Positions 1 to 7,818 of a stretch of DNA of 64,000 nt are shown here, piece by piece; positions within the stretch are counted from its first letter, which is position 1; each line of letters begins with the position of its first letter. Source of the stretch: Acidimicrobiia bacterium (GTDB lineage Bacteria; Actinomycetota; Acidimicrobiia; Spongiisociales; ZC4RG35); assembly GCA_040902845.1 (NCBI GenBank), contig JBBDWM010000034.1, positions 147,001-211,000 of the forward strand, in the 5' to 3' direction. The notes under the pieces were generated by a model. It saw only the letters and a program-made list of their open reading frames with translations, did no database searches and was not told where the DNA came from. The position numbers and the translations under genes are program-made.

Positions 1-205
1 GGGCGTGTCCCCGCATGAGTTCGAGCGCCGCGATCACAGCGACGACGAGATGGCGGCAGGATCCGCGATTCTGGTGCGCGAGGGATTGGCGAGCGTCGGA
101 GACACGGTGGTGATGGTCGCCGGGGTGCCCCCCAACATCCAGGCGTCTACCAACCTGCTCAAAGTGCATGTGATCGGCGATGAGCCCGATGGCCCCGGCT
201 CCTGA
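1..205 (+). CDS. pyk: pyruvate kinase, C-terminal fragment; the 5' end lies outside the window
   Basis: Translation ...ILVREGLASVGDTVVMVAGVPPNIQASTNLLKVHVIG matches the conserved C-terminal regulatory domain of pyruvate kinases (GDxVVvtaGvP...tNxlkVhxv). The ORF runs to the window edge. Confidence 0.75.
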   Translation, partial: GVSPHEFERRDHSDDEMAAGSAILVREGLASVGDTVVMVAGVPPNIQASTNLLKVHVIGDEPDGPGS

Positions 206-222
206 TTACGATCCCGGTCCCC

Positions 223-528
223 ATGGGCCAGACCGTCGTCATCAGAGACAGTGTGACGATGGAGGATGTCCTCCTGATCAGCACCGACCGAAGCTTCACG
301 GGACAGGACGGCCAGGCGATCACCCCTGATTCCCCGGGGCAAGCGGTTCCGGGGCTGCTCGCCGAAAAGCTGTTCGACCTCGACCTCGGGATCGATCATG
401 TCTACGTGCTGCAGAACATGATCTCGGTGCGTCGGCCCGGTGGGTGGGACTCCGAGACTGTGGCCCAGACGCTCGATGTGACTTCCTCGTTCCTGCGGCA
501 CTACCCCGACGTCGACGAGGAGGAGTAG
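223..528 (+). CDS. hypothetical protein (101 aa)
   Basis: ATG-initiated ORF 18 nt after the pyk stop on the same strand. No recognisable motif and no clear SD. Codon usage is GC3-rich like its neighbours. Confidence 0.3.
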   Translation: MGQTVVIRDSVTMEDVLLISTDRSFTGQDGQAITPDSPGQAVPGLLAEKLFDLDLGIDHVYVLQNMISVRRPGGWDSETVAQTLDVTSSFLRHYPDVDEEE

Positions 529-541
529 CCCGCCGTCCAGC

Positions 542-2452
542 TCAGGTCGACGGGGGACTGGTGGGAATCGTGGTTGACGTGGGCACCGTGGTTGTCGTCG
601 TGGCGGGGCAGGCGACCGCGGTCCCCGGGAGCTTGCATGGGTGGACCTCGATGACGGCGAATCTCGGGGCATAGCGGACCACCCATTCCTGAGAGTCGAC
701 CAATTCGTCTCCACGACGGATCTCGCGGGTGACAGTCACACTCCACCCGCCTTGTTCGGTCTGGGTCTGCTTCTGGGCATCCGCCTCGAGCTCTGGGTTG
801 GCCTCGTATCTGGGTGGCGGAGGGTCGGTGAGTCCGTAACGCTCCGAGACCTCTCCTCTTACATGAAGGGCATCCGGCCCTCCATCACCGTCGGTCCAGA
901 TCGAGGTGTTTCCTCCGCTCTGCTCGCCTTTCATGACCCTGCCGTCGTTGCTGCCGAAGATTCGGACTGTGATCGAGGTATCGGTGTACCTGGTGTCGAT
1001 CAGCACCGCGCCATCAGTGTTGTTGCGAAACCGGAGGTCTGGGTATCTCCAACTGAGGGTGGCTTCGATTCCCTCCGGGTACCGGGAGAAGTAGTACGAG
1101 TGGGGCTTGTGTTCGACGTCTTCATATCCTCCCCAGAAGACCGCGTTGTAAAGGGTCGTGGTGAATTGGCTCACGCCACCGCCGATGGATTCCTCCAGCA
1201 CCCCGCCGAGGATTCCCGGTGCCAGGAGATATCCGCCCTCGAGCGTCCTCTGACCGACGGTGTCGTTGAGGCTGAAGGTCTTTCCCGACGTCACGATCGT
1301 CCCGTCGACGGTGTCAGCCATGGTGTGGATGTTGGTGACCCTTGGTTGGCAGCAGTCGTGATAGGTGGTGAACTGGGAGACCAGGTGGTCGATGTGGAGA
1401 CCCTCCAGATACTCGGTGGTGACCTCGGGATCGGCTCCCTCGACCAACGGCAGCTCGCCGGTCCGTTGGCTGGTGAGTCCCGCGACAATGAGACGACGGG
1501 CGGTTTCCGTGGCGTCTATCTCCGTCCCCTTTGCACCAGGGACGATGCTGATCGCATCGCCTGAGATCTCGAACCGGGCGTTCAATGGCTCATCCTCGAA
1601 GTCCGCCCGAACTGGTTCCAGGAGGCTGTCGACCACCTCGGGGTCGAAGGAGTTGATGATCTGTGGTGGTCCCTCGACGACGGTCTCGGAACGAAATGCC
1701 TCATGCAGTTGAGGCCTTGTGAAGACCACCTCGGTCCCGTCGTGGTCCAATTCGACCGAGTCCGAGAGCAGCTCCTCGGCTTCAGCCAATGCTGCGTCGA
1801 CATCCGCATCGGTCAGGTCGGGAACGATGGTGACTACCGGGATCGTCAGGTTTCGAGCTTCACGGGACAGCATCGACGATTCGACGATGACGGCTGCCGG
1901 CGGCCGATCGACCCCTTTGCCGATCTCGGGGTACACCGGGACCAGTTCCTCGTCGACGAGCTCGACACCGCCCGGGTGCGCCGGGCTTGCGATCACTTCG
2001 GCATCCCAGCCATCGAAGATGGCGTCGACCGCCTCAGGGTCAACGGAACCCGACACCGGCACCTCGACGGTGGAGAAGATATGGCCGAGCCACCAGGCGA
2101 ACTGGGAGATCACATTGCCCTCTCGCCCCACCGACATCGCGTCGTCGACGATCGTCTGTCCGTCTATTTCAAGGCCTGCTTCTGGGGGAAGCACGTTCAC
2201 CACTTGGCCGTCCAGGGTGAAGATGGCCGGGCGCCTCACATATATGTCCTCCACGGCTACCAGGGCGGTCAGGGCCTGCTCGGTGTCGAGGCCGCCGATC
2301 GGGGTGGAGGCAACTTCGACGCGACCCATCACCTCGCCTCTAGACAGGAACCGCGTGAGCCCGTAGAGGCCTAGGAGTAGTGCGAAGATCGCCCCGAAAC
2401 CCAGGGCAAGAGCGATCCATGTAGTTGTCCGTGTGGAAACGTGTTTGTTCAT
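542..2452 (-). CDS. VanW family protein, with an N-terminal TM anchor and a Thr/Pro-rich C-terminal tail
   Basis: VanW signature DGTIVTSGKTFSLNDTVGQRTLEGGYLLAPGILGG...GGGVSQFTTTLYNAVFWGGY. N-terminal hydrophobic helix TWIALALGFGAIFALLLGLYGL. ATG start at 2452. Confidence 0.85.
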   Translation of the reverse strand: MNKHVSTRTTTWIALALGFGAIFALLLGLYGLTRFLSRGEVMGRVEVASTPIGGLDTEQALTALVAVEDIYVRRPAIFTLDGQVVNVLPPEAGLEIDGQTIVDDAMSVGREGNVISQFAWWLGHIFSTVEVPVSGSVDPEAVDAIFDGWDAEVIASPAHPGGVELVDEELVPVYPEIGKGVDRPPAAVIVESSMLSREARNLTIPVVTIVPDLTDADVDAALAEAEELLSDSVELDHDGTEVVFTRPQLHEAFRSETVVEGPPQIINSFDPEVVDSLLEPVRADFEDEPLNARFEISGDAISIVPGAKGTEIDATETARRLIVAGLTSQRTGELPLVEGADPEVTTEYLEGLHIDHLVSQFTTYHDCCQPRVTNIHTMADTVDGTIVTSGKTFSLNDTVGQRTLEGGYLLAPGILGGVLEESIGGGVSQFTTTLYNAVFWGGYEDVEHKPHSYYFSRYPEGIEATLSWRYPDLRFRNNTDGAVLIDTRYTDTSITVRIFGSNDGRVMKGEQSGGNTSIWTDGDGGPDALHVRGEVSERYGLTDPPPPRYEANPELEADAQKQTQTEQGGWSVTVTREIRRGDELVDSQEWVVRYAPRFAVIEVHPCKLPGTAVACPATTTTTVPTSTTIPTSPPST

Positions 2453-3338
2453 TCAGAAGGCCGCCCCAAACGACCTCGTGGATGGGCCGGCGGATGGTAA
2501 CGGGGGCGGTCCCGTAGTCGCAGTCGTCTCCGGGGCTGTTTCATACCTAGCCTCGGCGTCAGTGCCGGTGGTGTTCCCAACTGTGATCGACGGTGACCGC
2601 ATTCGAGTCTCGGCGACTATCTACGTCAACTACAAGAAGTGCCCGGGGCAGGCGAATGCCCTTCTCCATGGGATCTACGGCCCAGATTCGAGGCCGGCAT
2701 TTCTGGGAAGTCTCGCCCACAGGATCTTCAGTCGTCATTTGACCGCGGGCCCGATTAGCTCTGATGAGTTCATCCAGGCATGCAGGGAGGAGATCGGGGG
2801 ATCGACTCTCAACAACAAGATCGCGGGTCTCGAACTGAAGCCTTCGATTATCGACTCGATGATCGAAGAGACACGGGGCCTCTACGAGCGTTTCACCCGG
2901 CTGCCGACAGAGGGTTTCGAGGGCTCTGAAGTGTCGTTGGCCAGCGAGCCACTGGAGGGTTTGGAGCTGGTCGGAAAGGTGGACGCGGTCTATCGGGAGA
3001 GTCTGGGTGGGCATCGTCTCGTCGATTGGAAGACCGGTGACCTCGGTGAGCCCGAGGATCAGCTCTTTTTCTACGCACTGCTCTGGGCCGTGGCGAAGGA
3101 CGAGGTGCCGGCTTACGTCGAGGCGGTGTCGGTGCGGACCGGCGAGCGATATCGAACCGTTCCATCCTCAGGGGATATCAACCGGGTTGCGACCGAGGTT
3201 GGGAACCTGGTAAATGAGATGCGCGGGGCGTGGTCCTCGGGAGTAGAGCCGGTGCGGACCGCGGGGCCTTGGTGCCGGTATTGCCCGATCCTGGCGGAAT
3301 GTGCCGAAGGTCAGGCGGCCGGGGCGCTGCTCGGCTAG
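2433..3338 (+). CDS. PD-(D/E)XK nuclease superfamily protein (Cas4/RecB-like, with a C-terminal Cys cluster)
   Basis: N-terminal YKKCPGQ motif, catalytic-core-like HRLVDWKTGD (D-x-K-T), and C-terminal WCRYCPILAEC three-Cys cluster typical of Fe-S Cas4/AddB-type nucleases. The true start may be an internal GTG, because 20 nt overlap the VanW gene start. Confidence 0.55.
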   Translation: METCLFIQKAAPNDLVDGPADGNGGGPVVAVVSGAVSYLASASVPVVFPTVIDGDRIRVSATIYVNYKKCPGQANALLHGIYGPDSRPAFLGSLAHRIFSRHLTAGPISSDEFIQACREEIGGSTLNNKIAGLELKPSIIDSMIEETRGLYERFTRLPTEGFEGSEVSLASEPLEGLELVGKVDAVYRESLGGHRLVDWKTGDLGEPEDQLFFYALLWAVAKDEVPAYVEAVSVRTGERYRTVPSSGDINRVATEVGNLVNEMRGAWSSGVEPVRTAGPWCRYCPILAECAEGQAAGALLG

Positions 3339-3429
3339 GAACAGCGCCCGGCCCGATCCTCTGTCAACCGCAGCAGCCTCCGCCGCCACAGCATCCAGAA
3401 CCGTCATCGATAGGGATCATCTCGACTCC

Positions 3430-3489
3430 TTTCAGATCGACGACCTTCGATGTATTGATCTTGGTCTATAGATCGAAGTATGTCAATAT
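3430..3489 (+). promoter_or_regulatory. AT-rich promoter/operator region of the ArsR-family gene; inverted repeat CTTCGAT(3445-3451)-N20-ATCGAAG(3472-3478)
   Basis: Unusually AT-rich stretch for this genome immediately 5' of the arsR-like ATG, containing a perfect 7-bp inverted repeat. ArsR/SmtB repressors bind dyads overlapping their own promoters. Confidence 0.35.
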
Positions 3490-3828
3490 ATGGGGATGGA
3501 ATTCTGTTGCACACCACTTTTCGGAGGGGTGATCGACGAGGAGCAGGCAGCCGATACCGCCAGGGCCCTCGCTGCGCTCGGCGACCCGGTGCGTCTGCGG
3601 ATCGTGTCGTTGCTGGCGGCGTCACCTGAGGGCACGGCATGTGGGTGCGAGCTCGAGTCACCCTTAGGGCTCAGCCAGCCCACGGTGTCCCATCATCTGC
3701 GCATCCTCCGTGAGGCCGGTCTCGTCATCGGCCGCAGGGAAGGTCGTTGGGTGCACTATCAGGTCGTCCCCCGGCGTCTCGAGGAGATTCGGGAAGCGCT
3801 GAGTCCGCGGGTGTCCGTCACCGTTTAG
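3490..3828 (+). CDS. ArsR/SmtB family metalloregulator
   Basis: wHTH region LGDPVRLRIVSLLAASPEGTACGCELESPLGLSQPTVSHHLRILREAGLV. The CGCEL segment aligns with the ELCVCDL metalloid-binding site of ArsR. Confidence 0.85.
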   Translation: MGMEFCCTPLFGGVIDEEQAADTARALAALGDPVRLRIVSLLAASPEGTACGCELESPLGLSQPTVSHHLRILREAGLVIGRREGRWVHYQVVPRRLEEIREALSPRVSVTV

Positions 3829-3892
3829 GCCGATTCGAGCACCGATGGAGGCTGACGTAGGCTCTGCATCGCAGTCGAAGACAGGAGTCATG

Positions 3893-4324
3893 ATGCAAAG
3901 TCGAGCCACCGCCACCTGGGAAGGCGATCTCTTCACCGGCACCGGGACCGCCAGCCTCGCCACTGGAGTGGCGACCGACCTCCCCGTCAGTTGGCCGAGT
4001 CGAACCGAGGCCGCCAAAGGGAAAACCAGTCCTGAGGAATTGATTGCAGCCGCTCACGCCGCTTGTTACTCGATGGCGTTCTCCAACGGCCTGTCAGGCA
4101 GGGGGTTTCCACCAGCTCGGCTCGATACCAGTGCCGAGGCCACGTTTGAGAAGATGGAACCCGGATGGCGCCTCACCAAAATGGCGTTGAGTGTCCGAGG
4201 AAATGTGCCCGGGATCAGCGCTGACGAGTTTCAGGAAGCCGCAGCCGTGGCCAAGGATGGGTGCCCGGTCTCGAATGCTCTGAAGGGCAACGTGGAGATC
4301 ACCATCCAGGCCGTGCTCGCCTGA
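3893..4324 (+). CDS. OsmC/Ohr family peroxiredoxin-like protein
   Basis: MQSRATATWEGDLFTG... and ELIAAAHAACYSMAF motif (the conserved Cys-containing helix of OsmC). AGGAG SD 5 nt before the second ATG at 3893. Co-directional with arsR. Confidence 0.8.
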   Translation: MQSRATATWEGDLFTGTGTASLATGVATDLPVSWPSRTEAAKGKTSPEELIAAAHAACYSMAFSNGLSGRGFPPARLDTSAEATFEKMEPGWRLTKMALSVRGNVPGISADEFQEAAAVAKDGCPVSNALKGNVEITIQAVLA

Positions 4325-4336
4325 TTGTCGAGTATC

Positions 4337-4873
4337 TCAACTCACCATTTCTAGGAGCTTGGTGACGGTGTTCCAGTTGCGTACGGTCCCCGCCATGCCC
4401 AGCACCCGTTCGAAGTAGTCGAGACCTAGTTTGCTACGGCCCTGTCCGTTGGGATAGCTCAAGTAGGCCTCTTGCCCGCTCACCTCGAACCGATCTGATG
4501 GGGAACGGTCCGGATCGAGACCGGCGACTTTGCCCGCATCCGGCAGTCCCTCCAGAAAGACCACATGGAGTCGGGAATGGTCGGAGTCCTCGGTGAGAAA
4601 CGGGTGTGCTGCGGCGACGGCCGAGAGCTCGTCCCTGGACCGGACGATGACCCGTATCTTGAGCCCGAACTCGTCGGCGATCGCGGTCTCGAGTGCGCTG
4701 GGAAGGTCCTGGAGCCGCCGCTGACCGGGATCGAAGACCACGTTTCCACTCTGCAGATAGGTCCGGACCCCATCGAAGCCGAGGTTGGAGAGGATCGATC
4801 GCAACTCTGCCATCGGCAGCCTGGAATGCCCTCCGACGTTGACGCCCCGGAGGAGGGCCACCGCCACACTCAT
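4337..4873 (-). CDS. DUF1697 family protein
   Basis: MSVAVALLRGVNVGGHSRLPMAELRSILSNLGFDGVRTYLQSGNVVF... matches the DUF1697 N-terminus. The ORF in the track is longer, but the family start is at this Met. Confidence 0.8.
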   Translation of the reverse strand: MSVAVALLRGVNVGGHSRLPMAELRSILSNLGFDGVRTYLQSGNVVFDPGQRRLQDLPSALETAIADEFGLKIRVIVRSRDELSAVAAAHPFLTEDSDHSRLHVVFLEGLPDAGKVAGLDPDRSPSDRFEVSGQEAYLSYPNGQGRSKLGLDYFERVLGMAGTVRNWNTVTKLLEMVS

Positions 4874-4877
4874 GGAG

Positions 4878-5603
4878 CTAGCTGCCCTCGATTGCATGAC
4901 GGAACGCGGTGAAAAGCGGTTTGTGATGATCGGCATCGAGCCGCTCCGGATGCCACTGCACTCCAACCGCCCACCAGCCACCGGGGCATCGGACCGCTTC
5001 GATCAGCCCATCGGAGGTGCTTCCTTCGACGACCAGATCGTCGGCGAGACGTTCAACGCCCTGATGGTGCAAGGTGTTGACGGCCAACTCCTGAGATCCG
5101 TAAACGTCCGCCAGGATCGACCCGGGCTCGAACCGGACCACATGGCGCCGCTCGTTGAGTGACTCGGGATCCCCTTGCACCGGGGTGTGGAGACCTCCCT
5201 CACTGGTGACCTCCTGATTCAACGTGCCACCCAAGGCCACGTTCAGGAGTTGAAGGCCGCGACAGATCGCCAGAAGCGGCTTTCCCTGGGCTCGGGCCTC
5301 CCGGACCAACGCAATCTCGAATTCGTCGACAACCGGATCGTCTCCATACGTCGCCCGGTTGCGGGGCGCGCCGTAGACCGAAGGGTCGACGTCCCCTCCC
5401 CCGCTGAGCACCAGGCCATCGACCATCGCGACCAGGCGGCCGGCTTCGGTGGTGGATTGGCCGGCCGGGAACAGGATCGGGACCATCCCAGAGTCGACCA
5501 CCGCCGCCACGTAATGGTCTGCCAGGCTGTGCAGCGGGTCGTTGCCGATGTAAGTCTCGAACCGCCTTCGCCAGGTGGTGACACCGACTAGGGGGTGGGT
5601 CAC
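4878..5603 (-). CDS. gamma-glutamyl-gamma-aminobutyrate hydrolase-type class I glutamine amidotransferase (peptidase C26)
   Basis: GVTTW...LSGGGDVDP...LAICRGLQLLNVALGG (nucleophile Cys) and VQWHPE (His/Glu). 4 nt before the DUF1697 start on the same strand. Confidence 0.85.
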   Translation of the reverse strand: MTHPLVGVTTWRRRFETYIGNDPLHSLADHYVAAVVDSGMVPILFPAGQSTTEAGRLVAMVDGLVLSGGGDVDPSVYGAPRNRATYGDDPVVDEFEIALVREARAQGKPLLAICRGLQLLNVALGGTLNQEVTSEGGLHTPVQGDPESLNERRHVVRFEPGSILADVYGSQELAVNTLHHQGVERLADDLVVEGSTSDGLIEAVRCPGGWWAVGVQWHPERLDADHHKPLFTAFRHAIEGS

Positions 5604-6481
5604 GATTCATCCTCCGCTTCGTAATGCCTGGCCTCGGGTCCCAGTGGGGCCCGGATTCCCCTGTGCTCCCAATCACCCCCGAGGGCGGTGGAGATCACCT
5701 CTTCGGATTCACTGGGTTGGGCGCCGACGTCGGTGCGGATCGGGAACCGGCCCTCGACGATGGTGTTGGTCAATGCCCCCAACCCTTCCACTTCAACGGT
5801 TACCACATCCCCCGGCACCACCGGCCGGGAGCCTGCCGGCGTCCCGCTCAGGATCACGTCACCCGGGAGCAAGGTGATGGTGCGGGCCAGGTCCGCCACC
5901 AGGTAGGCCATGTCCCACTCCATCTCGGAGGTGGTGGCCTCCTGTCTCACTTGGTTGTTGACCAGAGTCCTGATTGTCTTGTTCCGAAAGTCCCAGTCGT
6001 CCACCAGACCCGGTCCCAGCGGGCAAAGGGTGTCCGATCCTTTGACTCGAAGCATCGACCCTGCATCGGTGTCGCGAAAATCGTGGAGCCCGTAGTCGTT
6101 GGCGATGGTGTAGCCCGCGATGTAGACGTCGGCCTCGTCGGGGGAAACGTCCTTGCAGGTCTCTCCGATGACAATGGCGACCTCGCCCTCATAGTTGAGG
6201 TACTTGCACCCGATCGGCCGGACCACCTCGCCAAGATGCCAGTTGAGCGCGGTGGTGGGCTTCTGGAAGTAGGTCGGTGCGGGGGGAAGGCGGGTCATGA
6301 ACTCCTCGACCCGGCTCCGGTAGTTGAGATGGACGGCGAGGATCTTCGAGGGTTCGGCGGGTGGGAGATGATCTGCGGTCCGAGCATCGAATCTTCGGCC
6401 GTCATCTGCCACCAGTTCGTCACCGTCGCGTCGAACGTCGACTGGGCTCCCATCGACCAGGATTCTCCGGTGCTCGCCCAT
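5600..6481 (-). CDS. fumarylacetoacetate hydrolase (FAH) family protein (HpcE/HpaG-like hydratase/decarboxylase/isomerase family)
   Basis: FAH-fold motifs KILAVHLNYRSRVEE...GEVAIVIGE...GTPAGS...GDVV. ATGA overlap with the downstream amidotransferase gene. Confidence 0.85.
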   Translation of the reverse strand: MGEHRRILVDGSPVDVRRDGDELVADDGRRFDARTADHLPPAEPSKILAVHLNYRSRVEEFMTRLPPAPTYFQKPTTALNWHLGEVVRPIGCKYLNYEGEVAIVIGETCKDVSPDEADVYIAGYTIANDYGLHDFRDTDAGSMLRVKGSDTLCPLGPGLVDDWDFRNKTIRTLVNNQVRQEATTSEMEWDMAYLVADLARTITLLPGDVILSGTPAGSRPVVPGDVVTVEVEGLGALTNTIVEGRFPIRTDVGAQPSESEEVISTALGGDWEHRGIRAPLGPEARHYEAEDES

Positions 6482-7799
6482 GAGTCACACGGTAACCAGG
6501 GGTGCAGGCCGATTATGTTTGGTTCCTAACGATCTCATGTCGCTCAACATTCTCCATCAGGACCTCGGCGACACGCATGCCGACCTCGCCTCTCATGACA
6601 CCTTCGTCCGGTGCGTCCCTCACGCCACGTTTGCCCGGATGCGCCAGGAGGAACCGGTGGCCTGGGTCGAGGAGAGCGACGGGTCCGGTTTCTGGGCCGT
6701 CACCCGACACGCCGACGTGGAGACGGTCAGTCGCGACTTCGCCAGGTTCACCGCGTCACGGGGGATCCGGATCGAGGACATGGCTCCCGACGAGCTCGAG
6801 GCCAGGCGGACCATGATGGAGTTCGACCCTCCCGAGCACGCCCGTCTCCGCAGGCTGGTCCAACCCGGCTTCACCCCAAAGGTGGTTTCCACCTACGAAG
6901 AGGCGTTCCGGCGGCTGGCCGGGCATGTGCTCGACGAGGTGCTGCCTTTGGGCGAGTTCGATTTCGTCACCGAGATCGCTCGTGAGCTGCCGATTCGCCT
7001 GCTCTGCCGCCTGCTGGGCGTTCCTGAGTCAGATGCCTCCCAACTGGTGGCCTGGGGCGATCAGATGATCTCCAACGCCGACCCGGAGTACACCCCGGTC
7101 GTCATCGACAAAGACGACTCAGAGGAATATCGGCTGCTCCCCTTCCGCTCCCCGGCGGCCATCGAAGTGTTCCGCTATGCCGAGGAGATGGCCGTTGAGC
7201 GGAGGGCCAGCCCTGAGGACGACATCATTACCACCCTGCTCCACGCCGAGCCGGACGGCGAGCCATTGACCGACCTGGAGTTCAAGAATTTCTTCACCTT
7301 GATGATGGTTGCGGGCAATGAGACCACCCGGCACACCATCAGTCACGGGCTCGTCTTCCTCACCAACCATCCCGAGCAACTGGAGGAACTTCATGCCGAT
7401 CCCGCAGGGCGCTCGGTCTCGGCAACCGAGGAGATCCTGAGGGCGTCAGCGGTGACGATGCACTTTCGCCGCACCGCGACGGAAGACACCGAATTGGGAG
7501 GGGTTGCCATCGAGAAGGGTGACCGGGTCGTGGTCTGGTACCCGTCGGCCAACTATGACGAAGAGGTCTTTGAAGACCCGTTCCGCTTCGATATCAGGCG
7601 GACACCCAACGACCACCTGACTTTCGGGGCGGGACGTCATGTCTGTCTGGGAGCATCGCTGGCCCGCCTTGAAGTCCGGGTGGTGTTCGAGGAGCTGTTG
7701 AAACGGGTGGGAAGCATCGAGATCATCGGCGAGCCGGACCGGCTTCGCTCCAACTTCATCAACGGGATCAAGCACCTGCCGGTCCGGATGAGCGCCTAG
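6480..7799 (+). CDS. cytochrome P450
   Basis: Heme-binding loop FGAGRHVCLGASLARLE, EXXR (EILR) and AGNETT I-helix motif. An alternative ATG at 6537 directly follows the shared 19-bp motif. Confidence 0.9.
   Translation: MSHTVTRGAGRLCLVPNDLMSLNILHQDLGDTHADLASHDTFVRCVPHATFARMRQEEPVAWVEESDGSGFWAVTRHADVETVSRDFARFTASRGIRIEDMAPDELEARRTMMEFDPPEHARLRRLVQPGFTPKVVSTYEEAFRRLAGHVLDEVLPLGEFDFVTEIARELPIRLLCRLLGVPESDASQLVAWGDQMISNADPEYTPVVIDKDDSEEYRLLPFRSPAAIEVFRYAEEMAVERRASPEDDIITTLLHAEPDGEPLTDLEFKNFFTLMMVAGNETTRHTISHGLVFLTNHPEQLEELHADPAGRSVSATEEILRASAVTMHFRRTATEDTELGGVAIEKGDRVVVWYPSANYDEEVFEDPFRFDIRRTPNDHLTFGAGRHVCLGASLARLEVRVVFEELLKRVGSIEIIGEPDRLRSNFINGIKHLPVRMSA
6518..6536 (+). promoter_or_regulatory. 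candidate operator TTTGGTTCCTAACGATCTC (copy A), immediately 5' of the ATG at 6537
   Basis: 17/19 identical to the copy at 19921-19939. Contains the dyad TT(T/A)GG-tt-CCTAA. Confidence 0.35.
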
Positions 7800-7818
7800 C
7801 TGTCATCGGCAGCAAAGG

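Noticed and set aside
6480-6536. First 19 codons of the P450 ORF as called by the track
   Set aside because: Not rejected outright. The ATG at 6537 directly follows the shared 19-bp motif and avoids overlap with the FAH gene start, so the true start is ambiguous. I kept 6480 as the feature start and flag the uncertainty.
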